Assembly: GCF_006345805.1 (NCBI RefSeq) | Contig: NC_043009.1 | Coordinates: forward strand, 51,088,001-51,152,000 | Source: Octopus sinensis | Taxonomy: Eukaryota | DNA: 64,000 nt | Reading direction: 5' to 3' | Shown: one piece after another, positions 27,374 to 40,204 of the stretch | Layout: each line of letters starts with the position of its first letter | How positions within the stretch are numbered: the first letter of the stretch is position 1 | Notes under the pieces: model-generated | Database searches by the model: none | What the model was told of the DNA's origin: nothing | The model's input: only the letters and a program-made list of their open reading frames with translations | Position numbers and translations under genes: made by a program

Positions 27374-28730
27374 GTAGTGGTGGTGGTGGTGGTGGTGATG
27401 GTGATGATGACAATTGTAGAAATTGTGATGGTGGTAGTGATGATGATGATGATGGTGAGAATGGTTGTAGAAATGGATGGTTGTGCTGGTGGTAGTGGTA
27501 ATGGTGGTGATGACGGCGGTTGTGATTGCTGATGTTGCTTCTCGGATTTAGCTTGGCGTTGTTGTTGTTGTTGTTGTTATTGAAGTTGGTGCTGGTTGCT
27601 GGAAATGCTGACGATGACAACGATCACGAAGACGAGGATCATGGAGGTGACATTGGTGGTGGTGCTGGTGGTGGTGGTGAGCGAAAACGATCGTGTGCAA
27701 GGAGCATTGATTCGATAAACTGTGCAGAATGCCGCCGGCAAAATTCATTTGAGGCGGGAAATGTGTGCCTCATTAAAATCGGATCACTAGAAGCTTGTAA
27801 TTATTGGCCGAGAAATATTAACTGCTGTGCAGCAAAACGACCTGCAGATAACTTACTGAAGCCTTTTGATTGGGTGTTGACTGACATATCATAATAGCTA
27901 CATCATTAACGCTTGTTCGAATCGAAAACTATGTATGACTGGTATGGTGGTGGTGATGGTGGTGGTGGTGGTGGTGGTGGTGGTGGCGGTGGTGTCGTGG
28001 CCGCGGTGTGGTTGGTGTTGTAGTTGTTGTTTGGTGGTAGTGGAAGTGATGGTGGTGGTTGTGGTGGTGGAGTGGCTGGTGTTGTAGTTGTTGTTCGGTG
28101 GTAGTGGAGGTGATGGTAGTGGTGGTGGAGTGGCTGGTGATGTAGTTGTTGTTTGGTGGTAGTAGAGGTGATGGTGGTGGTGGTGTTGTAGTTGTTGTTT
28201 GGTGGTAGTGGAGGTGATGGTGGTGGTAGTGGAGGTGGAGTGGCTGGTGTTGTAGTTGTTGTTTGGTGGTAGCGGAGGTGATGGTGGTGGTAGTGGAGGT
28301 GGAGTGGCTGGTGTTGTAGTTGTTGTTTGGTGGTAGTGGAGGTGGTGGTGGTGGTGGTGTGGCTGGTGATGTAGTTGTTGTTGTTGGTGGTGGTGATAGC
28401 GTGATAGTGATTGTGGTGAGAGTGCTGGTGGTTTGTCACGATGGCTGTTGCTGCTGCTGCAGGCAATGGTGGTGGTTGTGGTGGTGGTGGTGGTGGTGGT
28501 ACTGCTGCTGTTCCTGCTTCGTCTACTGATGATGATGATAATGATGAGGATGATGATGGTGGCAGTGGTGTTTGTGTTGGTGATGATTGTGGTTCCAAAA
28601 GCGGTGGTGGTCATGGTGGTGGTGGTGGTGGTGGTGGTGGTGGTGGTGGTGGTGGTGATGGAAAGAACGCGTATGGTGGACGGTTGATGGTGACGATAAT
28701 GTTGGTGGTGGTGGTAGTGCTTGTTGTTGT
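25800..28730. repeat. (GGT/GAT/GTT)n low-complexity domain with embedded compound minisatellites
   Basis: Unit ggctgtcttagttgtggtgatgctatggttgg..gatagttgac at ~26220, 26320, 26420 and 26900; ~60-70-bp units at 27990-28390. Confidence 0.9.
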
Positions 28731-29363
28731 ATTTGTCAGATTTTGGAGTTGATTCTTCATCTTACGAGAGTATCTCGAGAGTCTATATAATCATTGACAC
28801 GCTTGGTCACTCCATCTTTTATTGGATTACTCAAATTAGTGAGTCCTTAATCCCTCAGTCAGTCACGTACAAAATCCCATTTGGCTCATTCATCCATCCA
28901 CTAATACACATACACGCTGAATCGGTAACTCACTAAGTCAAATCACACATATATATATATGTGTTTGTGTATGTATGTATGTATGTATGTATGTATGTAT
29001 GTATACACACACATTAGTCACTCTAAGTCACTTGTACAACCAATCAATTTCGTAGTCTTCCATTCACACTTTAGTCATTAAATCTGTTAGTCAAATCAAT
29101 TATTTCATTAGTCACACAGCTGACGCTCACACTATCAGTCATTCATGCAATCAATCAATTTCATATTCGTTCGCTCTTTCGATAAGTCACATAGCTTCAC
29201 AATCAGTCACACACTTGTCACTCATTCATCAATTTATTCACTCCTCACTTACTCAATTATTTACTGGACCAGCTCTCGCTCAATTATTCAATCACACACA
29301 TTCTTATCCCTTGACATATTTAATTACTCAGTCACTCAGTTACTCATTCATATCTGATTCTTT

Positions 29364-29615
29364 AGTAGGGGAATAGAGAGGATGTTGCAAAATCTCATAA
29401 TTAAGGTTTTGAAACTTTTGGACCGTCGCTTGAATAGTCTGAGGACGTGCATTGTCGTGGAGCAAAATTTGGCCACCTCCATTCAATAGTTTAGATTGTT
29501 TCTTTTTCAAATTCTCATGCATAAACTCAGTTTCCTGGCAATACGATGTTGGTATTACCGTTTTTCCTTCTAGCAAAAATGAATAAGGAATAACTCCCTT
29601 CGCAGACCACCATAC
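29364..29615 (-). pseudogene. Mariner transposase catalytic-domain remnant
   Basis: YVWWSAKGVI..LLHDNARP..YEILQHPLYSPT. Confidence 0.9.
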
Positions 29616-30019
29616 ATACATACATGCACGCACACTTATGTATACATTAAAGTATTAGCAATGAAATAAAGAAACACCGAGTAACAGTTCATTCTTTACG
29701 TATCTAAGTGCGTAATTGCTACCTTATCGACGTATTATGTTACTGAATAATTTTGCTTTTAGTTATGTGTGCGTAACAGACATACATACAAACTACATAT
29801 GTCTATATATATATATATATATATATATAATATCAACAATTGAGGGTAAAATTAATTAATCAATTTCACAAAGTGTTCAGTATGTAAAAGGACCATTTAA
29901 GGCGAATTCAAAATATTACATTATATATTACATTATATATATATATGTGATCTCTTGAGCACCACCAGCTCAAATATTTTCTCCTCTGTCTTCCCTCCAT
30001 GGGATCTTTCCTTCTCCTT

Positions 30020-30054
30020 GTTTCCGACGAAGAGCTCCGCTCGAAACGTTAAAC
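30020..30054 (+). ncRNA. Hammerhead-like motif (core variant CCGACGA) in a PLE-tail-like repeat (~29950-30120)
   Basis: gttt-CCGACGA-A-gagc(tcc)gctc-GAAA-CGT-T-aaac. Confidence 0.5.
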
Positions 30055-30178
30055 CCTCCTTCCCTTCTTTCCTGAGCGTCAATAATACTTTAATTGTTCC
30101 ACGTCCTGCGTTGCTGTGTTTTTTTTCTCTTTTTTCTCTTTTTTTCTTTTTTTTTCTGTGTTTTCTTGTTTGGATTAA

Positions 30179-30234
<56 letters not shown>

Positions 30235-30372
30235 TGCGAGTGTGTGTGTATAGATTGTTTGTGCGTAAAATACGAAAAAACATTCGACGCTTCCAAAGTG
30301 TGTTTACAAACGTTGTTCCATTCCAAAAGCTGTTACTATCTAGCGTTAAAGCTTACTCTGATTGTTGTCAAC

Positions 30373-30449
30373 GGGCCTTTTAACGTAATGGAATGGCAGA
30401 GTACGCAGCCTGTATCTGAGGAGTACGGGTTCGAATCCCGTAGATGTCC
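30373..30449 (+). pseudogene. tRNA-like sequence (tRNA pseudogene or head of a further SINE)
   Basis: Perfect T-arm acggg-TTCGAAT-cccgt (30425-30441), A-box-like taacgtaatgg, imperfect acceptor pairing gggccttt/agatgtcc; anticodon arm non-canonical. Confidence 0.55.
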
Positions 30450-30557
30450 GCTGACGACTTCTTTCCGTCTTATAAGAGTAACATACCCAGTCCTTTTGTT
30501 GTTTCCACGACCACACAGCATTCGAAATTTACTTTCTTGTCCGTAATATTTACTTAC

Positions 30558-30610
<53 letters not shown>

Positions 30611-30612
30611 TA

Positions 30613-30842
30613 AAGGCGGCAAGCTGGCAGAAACGTTAGCACGCCGGGCGAGATGCGTAGCCGTATTTCGTCTGCTGTTACGTTCTGAGTTCAAATTCCG
30701 CCGAGGTCGACTTTGCTTTTCATCCTTTCGGGGTCGATAAATAAAGTACCAGTTTCGCACTGGGGTCGATGTAATCGACTTAATCCCTTTGTCTGTCCTG
30801 GTTTGTCCCCTCTATGTTTAGCCCCTTGTGGGCAATAAAGAA

Positions 30843-30845
<3 letters not shown>
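30613..30845 (+). mobile_element. SINE family B monomer
   Basis: Near-identical to 19313-19545. Confidence 0.92.
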
Positions 30846-30875
<30 letters not shown>

Positions 30876-31538
30876 GCTTGTGTCCCGAAGAAAGACGAAC
30901 TTATAAAACGACTATCTTTTGACTGTAGTCTGATAATAGCTACGCTGCGTCGCTTCCGTAAGTCAGCCATCAACTCTTGTTACAAGGAACGTATGTTTAG
31001 TGCACTTAGGGTATCGTTTCAAGTTGTTAAGCAATGAAGAATTTCGACGAGCAACGGGTTTGTGCGAAGAGAAACTTCAGTTTCAGAAGAAATATTTACG
31101 GTAAATAATCTAATGTAGTATCAAACCAATAGCGAGTATTATTTTGAACCATACGCAATGTCAGGAGTGAATGCTGCACGCTCGTCACAACAACTGGTTG
31201 TGCCCTCCTCTCCTTATCTCTCCTCTCCCTGCCGATCTATAGTCCCGATTTAGCCCTTCGGGATATCTTATTTTTCTTCATAGAAATGAAAACCAATGTG
31301 GAAGTTACAGATTTCAGAAAATTCTCTACAAAAGCAGATCGTGCGCAAAACCAGATGATAATAATTGCCTAATAGAGCTGTTACAAAACGTTTGCTTCCT
31401 TGGCACGGACTGAATAATCGCGAAAGTATTAGTAGAAATGAACAGATAGCAGAGTACCGTCGGCTGCATGTAGGAAGGCCGCTTTGTATGCGTGATTCCA
31501 GGAGTTTCAACAACAACAACAATATTATTATTATTATT

Positions 31539-31612
<74 letters not shown>

Positions 31613-31626
31613 TTATCATTATTATT

Positions 31627-32167
31627 GAGTGAGAGAGCAGTGCATGCCATCAAAGTGACTCTGGGGTACAAATATACGAAGCCCAGTATACCCATCATGA
31701 CTACCCGTCTGATAAGGGTACACCAGGCACATGCATCACAACCATATGTGCGCGACATGGTGATCTCATAACAAGATAAACAGCGCATGACTTTGCGGGT
31801 GGGGCCCAGTTAGAATTTTCTTCTGGTTGGGTAACCCATCCCACTCAAAAGGTCCCTGATTAAGGGTTGTTTAACGATGTTGAATGAAACACCCATGTTT
31901 CCAGAGGTGAATCATTCAAACCCCAAAGAATCCCTCTCAACACATGGCTATGATGCTCACCCACTACTTCTACTTGTGATCAGAGATGCACATATCGTCA
32001 GCCACTAAGGGACATGCTCAACTGGTTACGGTCAAACAACTGACAAGCAAATCTGTGGTATTGAGCAGAATATTTGTTGTAGCCATCTTTTATACCAAGA
32101 TAACATGATAACACTTCCAGTCAGTTAAGATCAGAAGCCATGAGAGCCGCTGCCTGGTACTGGATCA
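31627..32167 (-). mobile_element. ~540-bp non-coding interspersed element embedded in (TAA/ATT)n, probably a non-autonomous retroelement
   Basis: Complex sequence bounded on both sides by (TAA)/(ATT) tracts; its end gagt(g/a)agagagcagtgcatgccatca recurs at 32250-32280. Confidence 0.6.
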
Positions 32168-32201
<34 letters not shown>

Positions 32202-33426
32202 GTTATTATTATTATTATTATTATTATTTTTTATTAGTGTTATTATTATTGAGTAAGAGAGCAGTGCATGCCATCACAGTGAATTTGAACCTAAGCGTGC
32301 ACTCAGATGAAATCCCGCTAAACATTTTGGTCAACGTTGCTAACGATTCTGCCAGCTCGCAGCCTCTTTCTGCCAGCTCAATAATAATTTCACATTTTGG
32401 AACAAGGCCAGCAATTTCAGGAGAGGAAGTACTTCGATTATCTCGACCCCAGTGCTCAACTGGTACTCATATCGACTCCGAAAGAATGAAAGAGAAAGTC
32501 AACGTCGTCGGTATCTGAAGTCAATACGTAAAACCGGAAGAAATGCCGTTAAGTATTTCATCCGGCATGCTAACTAATCTGCTGCCTCGAAAATGCTAGA
32601 AGCAATGTATCAAGAATGAAGGAAGTGGTTTTGAAAGAATCAAAACACATTAAACTGTAAATAAAGCTCAAGTTTAGATTCGTTTTCGAAAAATCTCATA
32701 CACAAGTGTGTCTTTTTATATGCTCTTATGCATGTGTGTGAGTGCATATCTGTGTGCCTGTGTGCGTGCGTACATGTGTTTGAGCGTGAGTGCCTGGGTG
32801 TGTATGTGTGTGTGTTTGTGTGTGTGTGCGTGCGCATGTGTGTGAATCTGAGTACTTGCGTGCGTTTGTGAGTTTTGTGCACGAGTATGTGTATGAGGGC
32901 GAACGCGAGTGTTTGTGTGTATATGTGTGCGCGTAAATGTTTGTCATTATGTATGTGAGCGTGTGTCGGTGTGGTGCGAGTGTGCTTGTATATATAAGTG
33001 TGAATCCGAATGTGTGTGTGTATGTGTATGCATGTGTTATTGCGAATGTTTGTATGTATGTGTGTATGCATGTAAGCGTGTCTGTATTTGTGTGTATATG
33101 TGCATGAGTAAGTGTGTGCGTGAGCGCGAATGCTTACATGTATGTATGAGAGTGTGCGTGGGTGTACGTGTGAGTTTATCTATATCTGTATACGTGTATA
33201 TGTGTGTAAGTGTGCGTGTGTGTATGTTTGCGTGTGTGTTTGTGTGTGTGTGCGCATGCGTGAACTGGCAGTGGATAACAGTATTTTCTAAACAATGTTT
33301 CCCAACGCTTCCCTTCATTTTCAATGTCGCTCTGGTGTCAACCGTAGAGAAAAATGAAAAGTTGTCTGTATTACTAATAATGAAGAATGGGAGGTAAAAG
33401 GTGATGTTTGGGACGTGACCTATCAG

Positions 33427-33479
33427 CCGATAGAGGGCGCCACAATTACACGGCGGATGGCGAACGGTAGATGGCAGCA
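33427..33479 (+). promoter_or_regulatory. Cluster of CTCF-like motifs
   Basis: CCGATAGAGGGCGCCA (33427-33442), ACGGCGGATGGCGA (33450-33463), ACGGTAGATGGCAGCA (33464-33479). Confidence 0.45.
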
Positions 33480-35114
33480 GCCATGTCGATTAATAATGTT
33501 GATATTGAAATATTAAAGGAAGCTTAAAGCAGACTGTATTGTCATAAATGTGTTGGAACTGAATAAAGTGAATGAACGGATGGATAAATGAGTGGAAGTG
33601 AGAACGAGTGCTAAAATGTGTCAATGGTTGAAAAACTGAAAGAAACTATGAATGAATATATGGACGAATGAGTGAATGAATTATCGTATGAGAGATGGAA
33701 TGAATGAATGAATGAAAGGAAAAGAAAATAAGTGCATAAAACAAGGAATGAATGAGTCCATGTGTTTAACAAGACAAATACATGACCAAATTACCGTAAA
33801 AGTTAACGAATATAAAAGTAAATGAATAAATGTAGGAATGAGTGAATGAATTGTTGAATGAATTAAGAGATAAATTAATGATGAATGAGTAAAATAAGAG
33901 ATAAATAGATACATTACAAAGCGTTTGGGTCACTAAAAGAGAACCATGTGAATAAATCTATTGCTCAAGGTGGAAACGACTGTATTTGAACTCAGTACGC
34001 ATGTACCCTTGACAAATATCGCAAGCCATCATGTCCGATGTTCTTAAGATTCCAACCAGGGGCGGGATAACTCTAAGAGTGGCGAAATTTTCCTTAATAC
34101 AAGCAGGAATGATACTTCGATCGCTACAATAAAATGTCCACCGCCCTTTCATGCTTCGAATAAATACGAAGCTTGATTTGCTCAAAAACGTCATCAATCT
34201 TTCACGCCAATAGTTCTGTATATATTACTTAACTAGAATTTCCACCGACTGCAAATGCTTCCTTATTCAAGTACAAGGCTAACAAGTTTGAAATGAGCGT
34301 CATGTCGATACTATTAACACCAGTACTTTATTTTATCAAAGTTGACCGCGGTAGGATCTGAACTCGAAATGCCGATTGCCAAAACAATCGGCACTCTGAG
34401 TTGTTTAGTTATGTCCCTTTGTTGTCTTATTTTGAAATCTTCCAAGAACAAAAGTCGTTTTATTAATAAATTCTCTGAAGTCGATAATTGAGAGAATGAG
34501 TGATTGCATTAATGAATAAATTATGAACTGAGTTGAAACTAAATTCATCTGAGTTGAAACCGTGGCCCTACGTGAGAAGCTGGCTAGATCTTTTTACCCG
34601 GTTAACGCCCTCCATTAGAACCTCGGTTTCTTTTAGCGGATTCCGATCTGTTGCAACTGTTCAGACCATGTCTCCATTTTGGGGATAACTCCGTCACTCT
34701 TTCCCAGTCAGATCTTCAGTGGAAATATGAAATGTCCAAATACAGCGGTATAAAAATAACTGATTTTATCAGTTACATGAAATCCTTAATCTGTGTTTAT
34801 CTCTGATTTCTGTGGAGCTCAGCAAGTGAAAGATAAGACATCTGGTAAGGCGCAAATCGAAACTAGTTAAACTTCTGTCCCAGCAGATAAAATAGAACTT
34901 AGCACCGCAATACAAGTCATTTGGCATTAGTTTTATACTATTGACAGGTATGAATTTTCCCTCAATTCTCAACCCTTTTATATTGATTTCAAATTTTGGG
35001 ACAAGGGCAGCGGGGAAGGGGTAAGTTGATTACATCAACCCTATTTTTCAACTGGTACTTATTTTATCAACCCCGAAACGATAAAAGGCAACTGCTACTT
35101 ATTTTATCGGCCCC

Positions 35115-35730
35115 AAACCATCAATCCATACGTCCGTCCGTCCATCCATACGTCCGTCCATCCATCAATCCGCCCTTCCATTCATCATCCATCCATCCAT
35201 CCGTTCGTCCGTCCGTCCATTCATTCACCTGTCTGTCTGTTCAGCTACCCATCCATCCGTCCATCCATCCATCCATCCAACTGTCCATCCATCCATCCAT
35301 CCATATACCCATCCATCCAGCTATCCATCTACCTGTCTGTCTTTCCATCCACCGGTCCGTCCGTCTGTCTATCCATCCATCCATCCACCTATCCATCCAT
35401 CCATTCATCCACCTATCCATCCACTTGTCTGTCTGTCCATCCGTCCGTCCGTCCGTCTGTCCATCCATCCATCCATCCATCCATCCATCCATCCATCCAT
35501 CCATCCATCCACCTATCCATCCACCTGTCTGTCCATCCGTCTGTCCGTCCGTCCAACCATCCATCTACCCATCCATCCATCCATCCATTCATCCATCCAT
35601 CATCCATCCATCCATCCATCTATCCATCCACCTGTCCGTCCGTCCATCCATCCACCCACCACCCATCCATCCATCCATCCATCCATCCATCCATCCATCT
35701 ATCCATCCATCCGTCCGTCCGTACGATCAT

Positions 35731-35765
<35 letters not shown>
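35115..35765. repeat. (CCAT/CCGT/CTGT)n microsatellite
   Basis: Direct reading; source of the HPSI/MDGW ORFs. Confidence 0.97.
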
Positions 35766-36140
35766 CGTATTCAATCTATTCAACGTAGCTTTCACTAAAA
35801 GATAAACTAGAGCAAGGTGTAATTTGACTGCTATATTTTGCAGACAGAGTGACCAAGTAGAGGTTTCTATCTTTACAGTAGATTTAGTTACATCACATAA
35901 ACTTTTTTCTTTCAAACATTTCTAAAAACTTTGAAAGGAAACACTAAATTCCTGACTGTTTTCTTCCATTTTATGTTTTGCTTCCATCTTTTTTTTTTCT
36001 TGTACAGGGGACGGGGGGGAGATAATTTTCTTTCTTATTCTTCTTATCTTATTGTTCGCACAAAAACATAAACACACACACACACACAGAGGCTTGTTTT
36101 CATTATTGTCAACATATTTATTGTCGACGCTGACGACGAC

Positions 36141-36183
<43 letters not shown>

Positions 36184-36314
36184 TTTTTAATATTATCATT
36201 ACAGTTTCTGGTTTTGTTATAAATTTTCGAATTAGTCACGTTCTCGGAAGTAAAATTGCTACAAAATCTTAATTAACTGTCTGTGGCGATGGTCATAGTA
36301 TTTTCGATCGGTTT

Positions 36315-36473
36315 ATGTCATGTTCTATAGTAGTTGTTATTGTTGTTGTTGTTCATGTTGTTTTGTCGTCGTCGTTGTTGTTATTGTTGTTCTTGTTCTT
36401 GTTCTTCTTCTTCTTCTTCTTGTTCTTCTTCTTCTTCTTCTTCTTCTTCTTCTTCTTCTTTCTTCTTCTTCTT

Positions 36474-36504
<31 letters not shown>

Positions 36505-36516
36505 TTATTATTATTA

Positions 36517-36552
<36 letters not shown>

Positions 36553-36623
36553 TGTAGTAGTAGTAGAAATATTATTGTTGCTTTTGCTGTCATTTTTGTT
36601 GTTGCTATCATTATTGTTATTAT

Positions 36624-36661
<38 letters not shown>

Positions 36662-36679
36662 TCATCATCATCATCATCA

Positions 36680-36727
<48 letters not shown>

Positions 36728-36780
36728 GTATATTATTATTATTATTATTGTCATTATTAATGTTGTTGCTGTGTTGGAGT
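36315..36780. repeat. (GTT/TTC/ATT/ATC)n trinucleotide mosaic
   Basis: Direct reading. Confidence 0.95.
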
Positions 36781-37448
36781 TGAGGTGGTGGTGGTAGTTT
36801 TCTCGTTTATGTTTCCTTATATTTGTAACTACACACTGAACTGAATATACGATGGTAGCTAGACTGGGGGAAGATGGGGCAAAAGGGGGCCGAGAGGGAA
36901 AGACAGAGAATGGTAAAGAAAAGAGGGAGATGTTATTACAAATTAATGTATATCATTCTCAGACATATATACATATATACATGCATACATACATATATAT
37001 ATATATATATAATATATATAATATATATATATAATATATATATAGATATATTATTTGCGTTTGTGGGTGTGGATGTGTACTACGCATACTCGACTTTTAC
37101 AAGGAAAATGTAGTAGAGAGTAACTTCAAAGTTTTATGTATGTCTACTTTACTAAACAATATTGAGTAATCTTTTAGTTTCGTGACAAGTTATTTTTATA
37201 TACAACGTAATATAACAACAAACATTATATATATAGGCGCAGGAGTGGCTGTGTGGTAAGTAGCTTGCTTACCATATAATATCCCAGAAATAGCTGTAAG
37301 ACTAACTTTCTCCTTATAAATGTCCTGGAAACTCCACACAGCCTTGGCTTTGTTGTCTCATTTTATTTAACACACACACACACACACATACACACACACA
37401 CATACACACACTCACACACACATATATATATATGTGTATATGTATGTA

Positions 37449-38725
37449 TAAGTTGAGGAATAATTCATGAGCGTCTTTTTTTCAAATTTAAAAATGCACG
37501 CAGAAATAAGACGTATTGGTAAAATGTTTTATGTTATTTAAAGATAATTCTTTGCTCTACAAGATAGTGTGTTTTGATTTTAAAATTTCATTGATTTTTC
37601 TGTATTTTCTGATCATTAAAATTGAATGTCAAGTGAACAAGACTGAACATTTTCGACACCATTTGCCTTTTGCATTTACTCGAGGTGTTAAAGCCGCCAA
37701 AGCTGCCTGTGAGATTTCTGCTGTGTATAGAGAAGGAGCAATGCCGCAAAGTATCACCCGCCGTTGGTATTCTTGCTTCAAAATGAGGTATTTTGATCTC
37801 AAGGACGGATCACACACCGGTCAATCAATTGAGTTCGTTGAAGAGCGATTGAATCAACCTCTTCACGAAAATCCACATCAATTGACCAGAGAACTGGCGT
37901 AGCAGATGGATTGTGATGAAAAACCTGCGGTGAACCTCCTTCACTCAAAAACAAGGTTCAGACACTCTTGGGTGCCACACACCTTGAGTAAAAACAATGA
38001 AAATCAATGATCTACAATCGGCGCCAGTTTGCTAGCTCGACATTGCTCAACACATGATCAAAAACAGCGTTTTATTTGCCGCATTGTCACTGGCGACGAA
38101 AAATGGTGCCTTTACGTCAATATGAAGTACCGAAAAGAATGGTTCAGCCCCGACAAATAAGCGACTCCGGAAACAAAACAATACCTTCATCCTCAAAAGA
38201 CCATGCAGTGTGTATAGTGGGACTGGGAAAGCATAATTCTTTACGAAATGCTTGAGCGCAACCAAACACTTAATGCGGAACTGTAGGTTCAACAACTGCA
38301 CTGACTCAACGAAACAATTCCTCAAAAAAAGATCGAATCGGCGAAATGGCGTCCTTCTGCAACACGATAATGCCCGTCCTCACATCGCCAAGATTTCCAA
38401 AGCCGAGATTCAAGAACTCGAATGGGAAGTGTTGTCTCATCTTCCATACTTTTCAGATTTGGCGCTGTTAGATTTTCATCTCTTTCGACTGCTTTCGAGC
38501 GCTTTGCGCGGTGTATCGTTCAATAATGACGCAGAATTGAGTGTTTGGTTGGACGAATTCTTTGAGTCAAGACCGGGAGAATTCTATCGCCGATGAATCG
38601 AAAATCTTATTGAAAAATGGGGGTAAAATCGTAAACAACAACAGAGAGTATACTATTTATTAATTTTTTGCAGGTTTTTGTTTAAGATAATTTGAAAAAG
38701 TGTTCATGAAATATTCCTCACCCTA
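37449..38725 (+). mobile_element. Full-length (~1.28 kb) decayed mariner (DD34D) transposon
   Basis: Imperfect TIRs (agttgaggaataattcatgagc / gttcatgaaatattcctcaccc) with TA flanks; motifs WVPHTL, IVTGDEKW, QHDNARPH, YFSDLALLDFHLF; several stops and frameshifts. Confidence 0.95.
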
Positions 38726-39418
38726 TATTATATATATATATATATATACTATATATATATATAGTATTATATATATATATATTATATATATATAATATAC
38801 ATATATATATATATACATATATATTATAATATATGAATTTGTATCTGTCGGTATATACATATATATATGTTTTTGTGTGTGTGTGTGTACGTATGTATGT
38901 GTGTATGTATGTACATATGCATGTCTATTGGTATGTATACACAATAATTTAAGTGTGCATATTTCTATATCAGTGTGTTAGTTTATTTACGTTTGTATAT
39001 GTAAATCTATGTACGCCTGTATTATAACATATCTATCAAAGTATATTAATTATTGCCTCCCTTATATTACTACAAATTACATCAGCTTATTTAACAATAA
39101 ATAAATAAAACCTTTCTTATATACGAAATGTCTCTATATTTAATTATTTATAAATTTTTGATGTAACCCTTCCTTTTTTACTCGTATAGTATTTATTTCT
39201 AAATCATCTTAAAAATACATATCAAGCTGTGCCTAGATAATTAATTGCAGCATGTAACACTTATATTTGTCAATGAATATTAGACCCATTATTTACAATA
39301 AATATTTAAATTATAAATTTAATAAACCAGTAATTATTCTTTAATACAATTATTAACCACCAATTTTTCTAAAAATATCTTAAGTCGAAAGGAGAATCGA
39401 CGGATAAGTAAAATCAAA

Positions 39419-39660
<242 letters not shown>

Positions 39661-39849
39661 TAGGAATAATATATAGTCTATTGACTAAATTTTTAAACAC
39701 TAGGCCACTGGTAATGGAAATTTCTAGTAATTCTGATTACACTTTGATATTATTAATTATTTATCTATATATGTATATATTATTCATATAAATACAGCGT
39801 ACATTTAAACATTTAACAGGCATGTAGATATATGTAAACATGTAATTAT

Positions 39850-40190
39850 GTTTGTATGTATGTATATATGTTCGCATATATGTTTGTATGCATGTTCGCA
39901 TATATGTAATTTATGTATGTATGTATGTATGTATGTATGTATGTATGTATGTATGTATGTACGTATGTATGTATATATGTATGTACGTGTATGTATGTAT
40001 GTACATATGTATGTATATATGTATGTACGTACGTACGTATGTATGTATGTATGTATGTACGTACGTACGTACGTATGTTGGATGTATGTATGTATGTATG
40101 TATGTACGTACGTACGTACGTAGTATGTATGTATGTATGTATGTATGTATGTATGTAGTATGTATGTATGTATGTATCTTTGTGGATAGG
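39850..40190. repeat. (TATG/TACG)n microsatellite
   Basis: Direct reading. Confidence 0.95.
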
Positions 40191-40204
40191 CAAATGTATA
40201 TATG

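Noticed and set aside
34370-34393. Perfect 9-bp hairpin tgccgattg/caatcggca
   Set aside because: No CTRR end nearby for a Helitron; an isolated hairpin next to a decayed SINE fragment.
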